Origin: Candidatus Woesebacteria bacterium | GTDB lineage: Bacteria; Patescibacteriota; Microgenomatia; UBA1400; PJMF01 | DNA length: 64,000 nucleotides | Direction: 5' to 3' | Assembly: GCA_017999345.1 (NCBI GenBank) | Contig: JAGNLY010000001.1 | Location: 6,884 to 70,883, forward strand | Part shown: positions 8,645 through 18,500 of the stretch, one piece after another | Layout: each line of letters opens with the position of its first letter | How positions within the stretch are numbered: position 1 is the first letter of the stretch | Notes under the pieces: model-generated | What the model was told of the DNA's origin: nothing | Databases searched by the model: none | What the model saw: only the letters and a program-made list of their open reading frames with translations | Program-made: the position numbers and the translations under genes

Positions 8645-9226
8645 ATGAATATTTTTGTTGGCTCTACAAATCCAGTTAAAGTTAATTCAGTAATTAATGC
8701 TTCCATAAAAACTTGGCCCGAGGTTAAAGTTGAGGGTTTTGAAGTTGCTAGCGGAGTTTCTGAGCAGCCTGTTGGTGATGATGTTACCAAGATTGGTGCA
8801 ATCAATCGAGCCACTGCGGTTTTACAGCTCGGCTTAAAGAAATATGAAACAGATAATTTTAAGTTTCCAGATGATCAAGTTTTAGGTGTTGGTTTAGAAG
8901 GTGGTGTCATTGAAGATAGCGAGGGTCAAATGTGGTCAACAGTCTGGGCAGTGGTTGTTGATAAGACTGGTTTTAAAGAATTTAGCAATGGCGCTAGATT
9001 TAGAGTTCCAGAAATTGTGGCGAGCCAAATTAGATCTGGTGGTGAAATGGGGCCGATTATTGCTAAAATAGTGGGTGAGGAAGATGTTAGGAAAAAACAA
9101 GGAATGATTGGCATTGCCACCAAAAATTTTGTTGATCGAACTGAGGAATATCAAGCCATAGTCAAGTTAACGCTTGGTTTGTGGTATGGTAGAGATTGGG
9201 TAAAAGAGCTATCAATTACAAGGTGA
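8645..9226 (+). CDS. Non-canonical purine NTP phosphatase (YjjX/DUF84-like)
   Basis: The N-terminus MNIFVGSTNPVKVNSV and ASGVSEQPVGDDVT resemble inosine/xanthosine triphosphatases. ATG 8645 is preferred over the track start at 8624. Confidence 0.6.
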   Translation: MNIFVGSTNPVKVNSVINASIKTWPEVKVEGFEVASGVSEQPVGDDVTKIGAINRATAVLQLGLKKYETDNFKFPDDQVLGVGLEGGVIEDSEGQMWSTVWAVVVDKTGFKEFSNGARFRVPEIVASQIRSGGEMGPIIAKIVGEEDVRKKQGMIGIATKNFVDRTEEYQAIVKLTLGLWYGRDWVKELSITR

Positions 9227-9231
9227 TTTAT

Positions 9232-9942
9232 ATGAAACCACAAAGATTAACAGCAAAACTATCTGACAAGCAGGTTTTTAATGAAAAATTTACGCAGTAT
9301 GTTTTTGAGATGGAGCATCCAAATAGATTAGAATTTGACTCTGGGCAATATGTTTCAATTGCAGTTGATGAAACTGGTGATAGAAGAAGTTACTCAATCT
9401 GTAGTAATCCTGATACTAATCATAGTTTTGAACTTCTTGTCGACCACTCTCCAAATGGCAAAGGCACAAATTTTTTCAAAAAATTAGAGTTTGGAGATGA
9501 AATTGATGTTTTGGGTCCCTTGGGAAGATTTGTTTTAGCTCCACCAAAAGAGGGTGAAGATGAAATTATTTTTGTCGCCACTGGGTCTGGAATTGCTCCA
9601 TTTAGATCAATGGCACTTTATTTATTAAGGGATTTGGGTGAAAAACGTCCAGTTACTTTATATTGGGGACATAGATTTGTTGAAGAACTGTTTTGGGAAA
9701 ATGAATTTCAAGATTTGGTTGAAGCTTACGATAATTTTAAGTTTCATCCAGTGATATCTAAAGCAGTTGAAGAATGGTCTTTATGCAAAGGAAGAGTTAC
9801 AGATTGTTTATCTATCCATGACATACCTGTAAAAGGTTGCTATTATCTATGTGGAAATGCAAAAATGATTGAGGATGTTAATAATTTACTACAATCTCGT
9901 GGAGTTCCAAAAGAGAATATCCATTTTGAAAAGTTTAATTAA
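9232..9942 (+). CDS. Ferredoxin-NADP reductase-like FAD/NAD(P) oxidoreductase
   Basis: The FAD motif RRSYSICS and the NAD(P) motif FVATGSGIAPFRSM. ATG 9232 lies 5 nt after the upstream TGA. Confidence 0.7.
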   Translation: MKPQRLTAKLSDKQVFNEKFTQYVFEMEHPNRLEFDSGQYVSIAVDETGDRRSYSICSNPDTNHSFELLVDHSPNGKGTNFFKKLEFGDEIDVLGPLGRFVLAPPKEGEDEIIFVATGSGIAPFRSMALYLLRDLGEKRPVTLYWGHRFVEELFWENEFQDLVEAYDNFKFHPVISKAVEEWSLCKGRVTDCLSIHDIPVKGCYYLCGNAKMIEDVNNLLQSRGVPKENIHFEKFN

Positions 9943-9972
9943 AGTATTTAGAAAATAAAAACAAAGGAAGTC

Positions 9973-10236
9973 ATGAATGATGATTCAAAAACTACTACTG
10001 CTAAGCAAATTGGTAAATACAAAGTAGAAGTGATTCGTAGTAAGTGTATAAGTGCTGGTAGCTGTGAGGCAATTGCTCCAGGAGTATTTGAGCTTGATGA
10101 AGAGGGAATCGCAGTTGTTATTTCTCAAGATGGAAACTCTGATGAAGAGAAGTTATTAGCAGCCCAAAGCTGTCCAACCAACGCAATAGTAATTACCGAT
10201 ACAGAAACTGGCGAACAAGTTTGGCCAAAAGGATAA
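9973..10236 (+). CDS. Small ferredoxin (single-cluster type)
   Basis: CISAGSCEAIAPGVFELDEEG...SCPTNAI gives a CxxxxxC...CP cluster-ligand pattern. It is adjacent to the reductase gene. Confidence 0.7.
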   Translation: MNDDSKTTTAKQIGKYKVEVIRSKCISAGSCEAIAPGVFELDEEGIAVVISQDGNSDEEKLLAAQSCPTNAIVITDTETGEQVWPKG

Positions 10237-10238
10237 TT

Positions 10239-10976
10239 ATGAAAAACATACCTCTATTAATTGGAACAATACTTGGCACTTTATTGCTTGTTGTAGGAAT
10301 TTCATTTATGTTTTCTGGAGGATCAAATGGTGGCGCTGATGAATCAATTAAGGTAGATCCTCAAGTCGCTATGGGTGATGCCAGAAACTTCAAAGTTGGC
10401 AAATCTAGTGCTGTGGTAGTCAAATCGCCAGAAGAGGAATCTGCAATGGCCACTGATTCTGCCAATGAAAATTCTGATCAAAAAATGATTACTGTGGTGG
10501 AATTTTCAGATTTTCAATGTCCAGCTTGTAGATCGGCAGCAGGTCTTGGAAAGCTAGTCACTGATACTTATCCTGGAAGAGTAAAGTTTGTGTATAGACA
10601 CTTCCCACTTGATACAATTCATCCAAATGCTAGAAATGCGGCAATCGCTGCAGAAGCTGTTGGCGCCATAAATAAAGAAAAGTTTTGGGACATGCATGAC
10701 ATGCTTTTTGAGAACCAAGATCAGTGGAGTGATGCCAAAAGTAAAAAGGAATTAATCGACATATTTGTTACATATGTCGAGAAGTTGGATATTGACAGAA
10801 CTCAATTTCTAGAGAGAATAGATGATAATTCTGTCATAGAAATGGTAACAAATGACTCAAACACTGGCACGCAGTTAGGAGTAAATTCGACACCAACTTT
10901 TTATGTAGATGGAAATAAAGTGTCTGCCCAACAGTTATTATCAACTGTACAATCATTAACAGCTGGTACAGAATAA
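10239..10976 (+). CDS. Membrane-anchored DsbA-family thiol:disulfide oxidoreductase
   Basis: An N-terminal transmembrane helix and a thioredoxin-fold active site FQCPACR. The gene starts at ATG 10239. Confidence 0.75.
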   Translation: MKNIPLLIGTILGTLLLVVGISFMFSGGSNGGADESIKVDPQVAMGDARNFKVGKSSAVVVKSPEEESAMATDSANENSDQKMITVVEFSDFQCPACRSAAGLGKLVTDTYPGRVKFVYRHFPLDTIHPNARNAAIAAEAVGAINKEKFWDMHDMLFENQDQWSDAKSKKELIDIFVTYVEKLDIDRTQFLERIDDNSVIEMVTNDSNTGTQLGVNSTPTFYVDGNKVSAQQLLSTVQSLTAGTE

Positions 10977-11007
10977 AGAGCCAAATAAGGCTAGATTAGG
11001 GTAGATT

Positions 11008-11529
11008 ATGAAAAAATACACACCATACATTTTTCCGTTAGTTGTTTTAGGAGTCATTTTTCTTCTAGTTTTTAGATGGTATAGCATGAAAACTGAAAGA
11101 CTTGACGATAGTTCATTTGCAGAAGGTGTCGAAATTGAAAACTTAAGTCAAGATGAGCTGGTAAAATCAATAAATGGCGTTGGTGATTATGCTAGTGTCA
11201 ACTTAAATTCAAAAGACGAAGACACAACTGGTGTTGTTAGATATGAAGTTAAAGATGATAAGGTCAGATTTTCTGTAATGGCAAATCTTCCTGAGTCTGA
11301 TGAGGAATATAATGTTTGGTTGAAAGAAGTTGACGGAACAGAAATGAGAGAAGTATTCTCATTAGTTTCAGGTAAAGGTGGCTATATTGGTTCTGCTGCT
11401 TTGCCTTCAGAATTATTGCCTTTTGAAATAATTGTATCTCAAGAAAAAACCGCAAAAGGCGCTATGGATACAAGTATTTTAAATGGTGTTATTAAAGAAG
11501 TCGAAAATTCTGAGATGATGACTAAATAG
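11008..11529 (+). CDS. Hypothetical membrane-anchored protein
   Basis: A single N-terminal transmembrane helix (IFPLVVLGVIFLLVF) followed by an acidic soluble domain. No motif recognised. Confidence 0.5.
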   Translation: MKKYTPYIFPLVVLGVIFLLVFRWYSMKTERLDDSSFAEGVEIENLSQDELVKSINGVGDYASVNLNSKDEDTTGVVRYEVKDDKVRFSVMANLPESDEEYNVWLKEVDGTEMREVFSLVSGKGGYIGSAALPSELLPFEIIVSQEKTAKGAMDTSILNGVIKEVENSEMMTK

Positions 11530-11686
11530 GCAAACTAAATTTGCTTCTTGATGAGTTCGTCGAGTGTGCTAAGCTTAAATAAGACACATATACACGACGC
11601 ATCAATATAAAGTAATTAACATTATTGATCTAGTATAAAAACAACTATTAAGCCTTAATAATAAAAAGGCAAGAAAAGGAGTAATT

Positions 11687-11905
11687 ATGGCAGATGCATC
11701 AAAAGCATTCAGCTACACAAACGCAAAGGGTCAAGTATATTACTTGCACACCAAAGAAGTAACTCTAAAAAATGGTAGAGTTCAAAGAATTTATTACTTT
11801 GCAAGAGACGTACGTCCAGAAGCACTTGGAGCAGTTCCAGCTGGCTACGAAGTTATGGAAACAAAGAGAACAAATATGCCAGTTCTTAAGAGATCAGGCA
11901 AATAA
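11687..11905 (+). CDS. Hypothetical small basic protein (72 aa)
   Basis: AAAAGGAG lies 7 nt upstream of the ATG, and a strong terminator follows directly. Confidence 0.55.
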   Translation: MADASKAFSYTNAKGQVYYLHTKEVTLKNGRVQRIYYFARDVRPEALGAVPAGYEVMETKRTNMPVLKRSGK

Positions 11906-11928
11906 TCTCGCTGTTTAAATTTGAAATC

Positions 11929-11958
11929 AAACCCCCTGATTATTCAGGGGGTTTTTGT
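11929..11958 (+). terminator. Rho-independent terminator
   Basis: AAACCCCCTGAttatTCAGGGGGTTTTTGTTT: an 8-bp GC-rich stem followed by a T-run. Confidence 0.8.
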
Positions 11959-11983
11959 TTATTTCAATTGATATAATCAAGCT

Positions 11984-12316
11984 ATGAAATTATCCAGAGA
12001 AAATATATACAAATGTCTTTCAACCGTGATTGACCCAGAATTAAATTTTGATATTGTGAGTATTGGCTTAATATACGATGTAACTATTTCAAAGCTACAG
12101 TTGAAGTCAGGTGAAAAAGATAAAGTTCATATATTAATGACTTTGACTACTCCAGGGTGTCCATTAATTGGTGTTATTCAGCAAATGATTAAAGAAGCAT
12201 TATCTGATATTGAAGGCATTGATATTAATAAAGATGTTGATATTGAGCTTACCTTTGATCCACCATGGATAACTGATATGATGACAGAAGAAGCAAAAGC
12301 CGAGCTGGGTTTTTAG
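11984..12316 (+). CDS. DUF59/MIP18-family Fe-S assembly protein (SufT-like)
   Basis: VIDPELNFDIVSIGLIYDV and TTPGCPL are the DUF59 hallmarks. Confidence 0.8.
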   Translation: MKLSRENIYKCLSTVIDPELNFDIVSIGLIYDVTISKLQLKSGEKDKVHILMTLTTPGCPLIGVIQQMIKEALSDIEGIDINKDVDIELTFDPPWITDMMTEEAKAELGF

Positions 12317-12355
12317 TATTAGTTATGTGTAATTAGACAGGATTTAAAATTAAAT

Positions 12356-13012
12356 ATGAACGTTTATCCAAGTATCCTAACCGACGAAATTGAAATAGTA
12401 GAGGAGCAAATGGAATTGTGTAAAAACAATCCAGATGTGGAAATAATTCAAGTGGACATCATTGATGGGTTTTTTGTTGACAATCTCACGATTTATCCTA
12501 GCGATTTAAATGACGTAAATTTTGGAGATCTTAGGATAGATTTTCATTTGATGACTCAAGAACCAATGGATTTTGTTCATGAAATTCGTGACTCCAAAGA
12601 CCTTTTGCCTGTTAGAGCTGTTATCGGCCAAATAGAGCAAATGTCCTCTCAAGAGGCATTTTTGAAGGAAGTCAAAAAAAATGGCTGGATGGCAGGATTA
12701 TCACTAGATTTGCACACACCTTTAGAATCAATTGAAGAAGACGCTTGGGAATTTATTGATGTAATTCAAATTATGGGAAATAAGGCTGGATTTCATGGTC
12801 AGGAATTTAATGTTTCTGCTTTAAACATACTCAGTGAACTTCATGATCTGATTGAGGACAAAGGTCTCGATATCGAAATAATTGTTGACGGTGGCATAGA
12901 GTTAGATAATGTTAAAGAAATTGAAGATCATGACGCAGATAGCGTGGCCCCAGAAAATGGCTTGTGGAAGGCAGAAAACTTTGATGATGCCTACAGTGAT
13001 TTTTTAGATTAG
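12356..13012 (+). CDS. Ribulose-phosphate 3-epimerase family protein (divergent)
   Basis: YPSILT, VDIIDGFFVDNLT and DFHLMTQEP align with the PSIL, D-x-MDGHFVPN and D-x-HLM blocks of Rpe. The first metal-binding His is replaced. Confidence 0.6.
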   Translation: MNVYPSILTDEIEIVEEQMELCKNNPDVEIIQVDIIDGFFVDNLTIYPSDLNDVNFGDLRIDFHLMTQEPMDFVHEIRDSKDLLPVRAVIGQIEQMSSQEAFLKEVKKNGWMAGLSLDLHTPLESIEEDAWEFIDVIQIMGNKAGFHGQEFNVSALNILSELHDLIEDKGLDIEIIVDGGIELDNVKEIEDHDADSVAPENGLWKAENFDDAYSDFLD

Positions 13013-13156
13013 AGAAAGATCTATTTACAAAGTAGTAAAAGATGAGAGAGAATTGATCTAAGCACTAAATGGATTTGAAGTAGAATTAAATGAACGATGT
13101 GACTTGCTTCATCGAACAGAAACAACATAATAAATAAAAAATAATAATCACTGCCC

Positions 13157-14083
13157 ATGTACGATATCATCACAATTGGATCGAGTTTAATTGATAGTTT
13201 TATAAGATCTAGTTTGTTTACTGCAAAATCCGAGAATCAAAATTCAGAAATTTGCTTGAATTATGGGGAAAAAAACGAAATTGACGAATATATAATTAAA
13301 ACTGGCGGTGGTGGTAGCAACACAGCTGTTGGTTTTTCTAGAATGGGTTATCGAACCGGTGTCATAACTGAAATTGGTAATGATGAGTTTTCCAAAATAA
13401 TTCTAGATGACTTTAGAAAAGAGTATGTCTCCACAAATCTTGTTATTAGCGAGAAACATGAGAATACAGGTGGTTCGATAATCTTGTTGGGTGATGATGG
13501 CGGAAGAACGGTTATGGTTCATCGTGGCGCTTCCTCGATGTTAGATCCACGAGATATTCCAGCAGAAGCACTTTCTAGAACTGATTGGGTTCACCTTTCA
13601 AGCATTTCTGGTCAATTAGATACACTTAAGAAAATTTTTACAACTTTAAAAAAAGACAACAAAGCTTTTTCTTGGAATCCAGGAAAAAAAGAACTCAAAT
13701 TAATTGCTGAAGGAAAGTTATCTTTTAAAGATATTTCATGCGAAATTCTCTTTTTGAATAAAGAAGAATGGGAGTCAATTAAAGACCAACAAAAGGAAGC
13801 TCAATTATTTACCAAGCAAGTGATTGTTACTAATGGTAAAAAAGGTGGGCAAGTTTTTGTTGATGAATCTATGGTCGCGGAGTTTAAATCAGGAGATGCT
13901 AAGTCTGTTGATGATACTGGGGCTGGCGATTCTTTTGTGGTCGGTTATGTAACGGCTCATCTTAAAGGAAAAATTCTTAGAGAATGTTGTGAATGGGGCA
14001 AGCGCAACGCAGTATCAGTTATTGGTTATGTTGGGTCAAAGCCGGGTTTGTTGACAATCAACCAGATGAAAGTGCATAATTAA
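13157..14083 (+). CDS. PfkB-family carbohydrate kinase
   Basis: The GG motif KTGGGGSNTAVG and the C-terminal DTGAGDSF signature. Confidence 0.8.
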   Translation: MYDIITIGSSLIDSFIRSSLFTAKSENQNSEICLNYGEKNEIDEYIIKTGGGGSNTAVGFSRMGYRTGVITEIGNDEFSKIILDDFRKEYVSTNLVISEKHENTGGSIILLGDDGGRTVMVHRGASSMLDPRDIPAEALSRTDWVHLSSISGQLDTLKKIFTTLKKDNKAFSWNPGKKELKLIAEGKLSFKDISCEILFLNKEEWESIKDQQKEAQLFTKQVIVTNGKKGGQVFVDESMVAEFKSGDAKSVDDTGAGDSFVVGYVTAHLKGKILRECCEWGKRNAVSVIGYVGSKPGLLTINQMKVHN

Positions 14084-14091
14084 ATTACAAC

Positions 14092-15153
14092 ATGACTGAT
14101 TACAAAGAAATACTAGAAAAAGAAATTGATGAACTTAAATCAAAGGTTGTTTCTTCAACACTTCCTGAAGAAATGCGCAGAAAAGTTGATAAGGACATTG
14201 TTTCTTTGGAGCGAAGTATCGCTCTTGGTAGTTATGATGAGAAGTATGAGAAAGTTTCAAAATATATTGATTGGGTTTTGAAAGTTCCCTGGACGCAAGA
14301 AACTACAGATACTTTAGATATAGAAAAAACTAAAGCTATTTTTGAAAAACACCACTTTGGAATGCTTGATGTTAAAAACCGTTTTCTAGAATATGTTTCA
14401 GTTCTTAAATTAAGAAGCATGAATCAGGAAACTGCAAATGAGTTTAGAGCTCCAATTCTTTTGCTGGTGGGTCTAGTTGGTACTGGAAAAACCACTTTCG
14501 CAACTTCTTTGGCTGAAGCTCTGGGAAGGCAATTAGTTAGAATTCCTTTCGGAGGTATGGGTTCTGCCGCCGAGCTTCGTGGTAATTCCAGATTGATTTT
14601 AGGTTCGGAGCCCGGAAGAGTCATCAAGGGTATTTGCGAAGCTGGAGTCAGAAATGCAGTTATCCTCTTAGACGAAATTGATAGAGGAAGTGCCGAAGCT
14701 AATAAAGATATCATGGGTGTTTTGGTTGAGCTACTTGATCCAAAACAAAATCATGAGTTTAGAGATAATTACATTGACTATCCTGTTAATTTATCACATG
14801 CAATATTTTTGGCCACAGCAAATAATACAGTAGCTATTGCCACAGCTGTTATGGACCGTATGGAAAAAATTTCCATGCCATCTTACACTGACAATGAAAA
14901 AATCGTGATTGCGCAAAAGTATATTTTGCCTGGCTTACTCAAAGATGTGGGCTTAAAACCTGAACAATTTATCATTCAAGATGAAGTTTGGGGAGTAGTT
15001 ACTCGTCCTTTGGGTTTTGACGCTGGTATCAGAACTTTGGGCAGAACTCTTGAGGGGGCTGTCAGAAAAGCAGCTAGAATTATTGTTGAAAAAGGTTATC
15101 CAAAAATTGTCATTACACTTGAGAATAAAAATATTTTCTTGCCTCAATATTAA
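14092..15153 (+). CDS. Lon-like AAA+ ATPase without a protease domain
   Basis: Walker A LVGLVGTGKTT, Walker B ILLDEIDR, and Lon-type flanks (VLKLRS..., PSYTDNEKIVIAQKY). The ORF ends before any Ser-Lys protease domain. Confidence 0.7.
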   Translation: MTDYKEILEKEIDELKSKVVSSTLPEEMRRKVDKDIVSLERSIALGSYDEKYEKVSKYIDWVLKVPWTQETTDTLDIEKTKAIFEKHHFGMLDVKNRFLEYVSVLKLRSMNQETANEFRAPILLLVGLVGTGKTTFATSLAEALGRQLVRIPFGGMGSAAELRGNSRLILGSEPGRVIKGICEAGVRNAVILLDEIDRGSAEANKDIMGVLVELLDPKQNHEFRDNYIDYPVNLSHAIFLATANNTVAIATAVMDRMEKISMPSYTDNEKIVIAQKYILPGLLKDVGLKPEQFIIQDEVWGVVTRPLGFDAGIRTLGRTLEGAVRKAARIIVEKGYPKIVITLENKNIFLPQY

Positions 15154-15837
15154 TTGGTTTATAATCCATTTATGGTTGACTTAAATAAAGATAAGCTCTT
15201 GGCAGATCTGTACCTAAAATTAGCTAAAAATTACAAAAAATTTCCATTAGCAAAAGTTGCTGAAGACATGATTCCAGGAGATGGTTCATCTAGTGCTAAA
15301 ATTTTATTTATTGGTGAAGCGCCAGGATTTCAAGAAACTGTTGAGAGAAAACCATTTGTCGGCAGATCAGGAAAATTTTTTAGAAAAACTTTGATAGAAG
15401 AGGCTAATATTTCTGACAAAGATGTTTATATAAGTAACATTGTTAAAGTTAGGCCGCCTGAAAATAGAGACCCAACGCCAGAGGAGATTGAGGCATTTAA
15501 GCCAATTTTAAATCAGGAAATTGAAATTATTCAACCAAAGTTAATTATTACTTTGGGTAGATTTAGCATGTCAAAGTTTTTAAAAGATGTAAAAATATCT
15601 GACGTACATGGAAAACTGTATAAAATTGAATGGCCAGTCTCAAAAAATATCAGTAAATTATTTATTTTACCGATGTACCACCCAGCTGCGGGGTTAAGAA
15701 GTGGAAAAATGCGCGAAGCTTTTGTTAACGATTTCAAGAAAATTCCTAAAATAATTGAGTGGATAGGTGGCCAAAATTTAGATGCTGATCTAAAGAGCAC
15801 CGTTGAAGAATACCTATTCGAGTCTGTGATAAAATAA
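15154..15837 (+). CDS. Family 4 uracil-DNA glycosylase
   Basis: IGEAPGFQETVERKPFVGRSGKFF and MYHPAAGLR motifs. The start is either TTG 15154 or ATG 15172. Confidence 0.8.
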   Translation: MVYNPFMVDLNKDKLLADLYLKLAKNYKKFPLAKVAEDMIPGDGSSSAKILFIGEAPGFQETVERKPFVGRSGKFFRKTLIEEANISDKDVYISNIVKVRPPENRDPTPEEIEAFKPILNQEIEIIQPKLIITLGRFSMSKFLKDVKISDVHGKLYKIEWPVSKNISKLFILPMYHPAAGLRSGKMREAFVNDFKKIPKIIEWIGGQNLDADLKSTVEEYLFESVIK

Positions 15838-15883
15838 GTACTAGAAATAGCAAACGCTATATCTAACACCCCAAAGGGCACTA

Positions 15884-16696
15884 GTGAAAATTTTTTTATT
15901 ATTAATTCCATTAATTACAGTCATATTCGGCAACTTGATTTACAAATTTCAAAACAGAAAAAAAGAAATTCTAAAACTTGACTTAGTACAGTTTACCTAC
16001 TTATTTTTGATTGCTCCAGCAATGTTTATTTGGATGAAATCGTTTATTTTTTATATACTTAGAAATGAGCTTGACCTCAATCTTTCAATCACTGATTTAT
16101 TTATTGTCGATACAATTTTTAGTGTGCTGTCGTTTGTGGTTATTTCAGCGATTGCCATTCACACGCTCACCAAAACTTTCTGGATTAAGCGCTATCATGA
16201 TCCAGAATTTGATATATATCACCTTTCTGAATATTTTCATCTTTGGTGGTCTCATATTATTATGTGGGGTGGTGGCATGGTTATATGTACTTTTGTTTCA
16301 ATAGTTAACGTTTTGGTTCCAATTCATTTGACTTCAACCTTTTTGGATCCACAATTTTATTTAGTCTTATTTTCAGGAATTTTCTTTGGAATTTCAATGT
16401 TTATGTTCGTGTGGAATTCAGATCCAAAGCAGGGAAATTACATGAGGTTGATGAAGCTTTTGTTTGCCTTTTTCCTCTTGATTCACATTTTCATTTACTT
16501 TATCTTTGATCCATCATTCAATATCACAAATGGTGTTTATTGGTTTATGTTAGTCGCATTTGCTTCATCCGTATTTGCTTCAGCAACATTTGAAAAATCA
16601 AAGCGAACTAATAAGTTTAGAAATTTTTTACTTCATAAAGGTTGGGGTGAAAATCAGGTAGTTGATATCTTTAGTAGTTTTAAAAAATATAAATAA
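15884..16696 (+). CDS. Hypothetical polytopic membrane protein
   Basis: About 7 hydrophobic segments. No motif recognised. Confidence 0.5.
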   Translation: MKIFLLLIPLITVIFGNLIYKFQNRKKEILKLDLVQFTYLFLIAPAMFIWMKSFIFYILRNELDLNLSITDLFIVDTIFSVLSFVVISAIAIHTLTKTFWIKRYHDPEFDIYHLSEYFHLWWSHIIMWGGGMVICTFVSIVNVLVPIHLTSTFLDPQFYLVLFSGIFFGISMFMFVWNSDPKQGNYMRLMKLLFAFFLLIHIFIYFIFDPSFNITNGVYWFMLVAFASSVFASATFEKSKRTNKFRNFLLHKGWGENQVVDIFSSFKKYK

Positions 16697-16718
16697 TTAA
16701 GTTTTAAGAAAGAAATTT

Positions 16719-18383
16719 ATGTCAAAACTCAGAATTATTCCACTAGGTGGAATGGGAAATGTTACTCAAAACATGTACCTTTATGAATACGATAACGAAA
16801 TATTAATTGTTGATTGTGGAATTGGATTTCCTGACTCCTACATGCCTGGAGTGGATATTTTAATTCCTGACATTACTTTTTTGTTAAGTGAGCTAGAAGC
16901 AGGCAAAAAAATTGTTGGTATGTTACTTACACATGGTCATGACGATCATATTGCTGCTTTGCCTTATTTAATTCCAAATTTACCAGATTTTCAAATTTAT
17001 GGTTCACCACTCACCGCTGGTTTTGCAGAACAAAGAATGAGAGACAGTAAAGATGATAAATTTGTAAATGTAGTTGAGGACAACACCGACATTCAGATTG
17101 GCGAACATTTTTCAGTTAAATTTTTCCCAGTAACTCACTCAGTTCCAGATACAAGACATATTGCAATCACTACTCCAGAGGGAATTATTTATCATGGTAG
17201 CGATTTTAAGTTAGATCCAACCCCGGTGGATGGCGTAACCTCTGATTTAGAACACATTTCTCAGCTAGCAGACAAAAATGTCCTTTGTATGATGATCGAC
17301 TGTTTAAGAGTTGAATATCCAGTTTGGGTGGAATCTGAATCACTCACTGGACCAGCAATTGACAGCGTGATGGCCACCACAGAAGGCAAATTGGTTATGA
17401 CCTTGATGAGTTCGCACATTCATAGAATTCAACAAACAATTAATGCAGCCCACAAGCATGGTAGAAAAGTTATTTTTATTGGTAGATCAGTAGAACAAAA
17501 TGTGGAAGTCGCCACCCGGCTTGGAAAACTAATGATTCCTGAAGGTATGAAAGTTGATAAAAAACATATCAACGATGTTGCAGATGACAAACTTTGCGTA
17601 ATTGTCGCAGGCAGTCAAGGTCAAGAAGGATCATCTTTGATGAGAGCAGTTTTTGGTGATCATAGATCTTTAATAATCAAGAAAAACGACACAGTTGTCT
17701 TTTCAGCTGATGCAATTCCAGGCAATGAACTTACTTTTTATGGGGCAATTAACGAGCTTTGCAGAAACAAAATTCACGTTGTTTATCCATCAGTCATGCC
17801 AAGCTTGCACAAATCTGGTCATGCCAGTGCTCCAGAACAACAAGAGCTTTTGAGTTTAGTTAAGCCAAAATATGTAATGCCAATTGGTGGTGACGACAGA
17901 CATAGATTTAAGTTTTTTGAGTTAGTGGCTTCCAAGCTTGGTTTTGACGAAAAACACGTGATTATTCCAGATAGTGGTGAGATTGTTAGTTTTGAAAATA
18001 CAGAATATTCAGTGGATGGTGAGATTAATCTAAAAGCTCAAATTATTGATGGCTTGGGTATTGGCGATGTTGGTCCTTCTGTTCTGAAAGATCGAAGATC
18101 TTTGGGTCAAGCAGGTATAGTTGCAGTTATTATTCCTCGAGTCAGTGGTAGTTTAGATCTTGGCAAAATTGAAGTTGTTTCTAGAGGATTTGTTTTTATG
18201 AGAGAAGCACAAGATGTGATTGAGTTTATAAAATCTGAAACTGCGAAATTGGTATCAGAAGAGCAAAGAAAAAATACTAACCTGACTGTTATTCAAGGCT
18301 TAATCGAAAAGCGTATTTCTCGAAGACTTTATAAAATTATTAGAAGAGAACCAATGATTGTTTCTGTCTTTATTGACGTGTAA
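16719..18383 (+). CDS. rnj: Ribonuclease J
   Basis: IPLGGMGNVTQNMYLYEY, the metallo-beta-lactamase motif THGHDDH and a beta-CASP region. The 554-aa length is typical. Confidence 0.9.
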   Translation: MSKLRIIPLGGMGNVTQNMYLYEYDNEILIVDCGIGFPDSYMPGVDILIPDITFLLSELEAGKKIVGMLLTHGHDDHIAALPYLIPNLPDFQIYGSPLTAGFAEQRMRDSKDDKFVNVVEDNTDIQIGEHFSVKFFPVTHSVPDTRHIAITTPEGIIYHGSDFKLDPTPVDGVTSDLEHISQLADKNVLCMMIDCLRVEYPVWVESESLTGPAIDSVMATTEGKLVMTLMSSHIHRIQQTINAAHKHGRKVIFIGRSVEQNVEVATRLGKLMIPEGMKVDKKHINDVADDKLCVIVAGSQGQEGSSLMRAVFGDHRSLIIKKNDTVVFSADAIPGNELTFYGAINELCRNKIHVVYPSVMPSLHKSGHASAPEQQELLSLVKPKYVMPIGGDDRHRFKFFELVASKLGFDEKHVIIPDSGEIVSFENTEYSVDGEINLKAQIIDGLGIGDVGPSVLKDRRSLGQAGIVAVIIPRVSGSLDLGKIEVVSRGFVFMREAQDVIEFIKSETAKLVSEEQRKNTNLTVIQGLIEKRISRRLYKIIRREPMIVSVFIDV

Positions 18384-18500
18384 ACTTGACTTATAAACTT
18401 GCCTCTTGTCAAGTAATGTGAATATGGTATATCCTATAATATAAAGAAAGTCGAGTAGTTGAGGTAAACTTTAAAAAATTATCTAAAATTACTCAATAAA

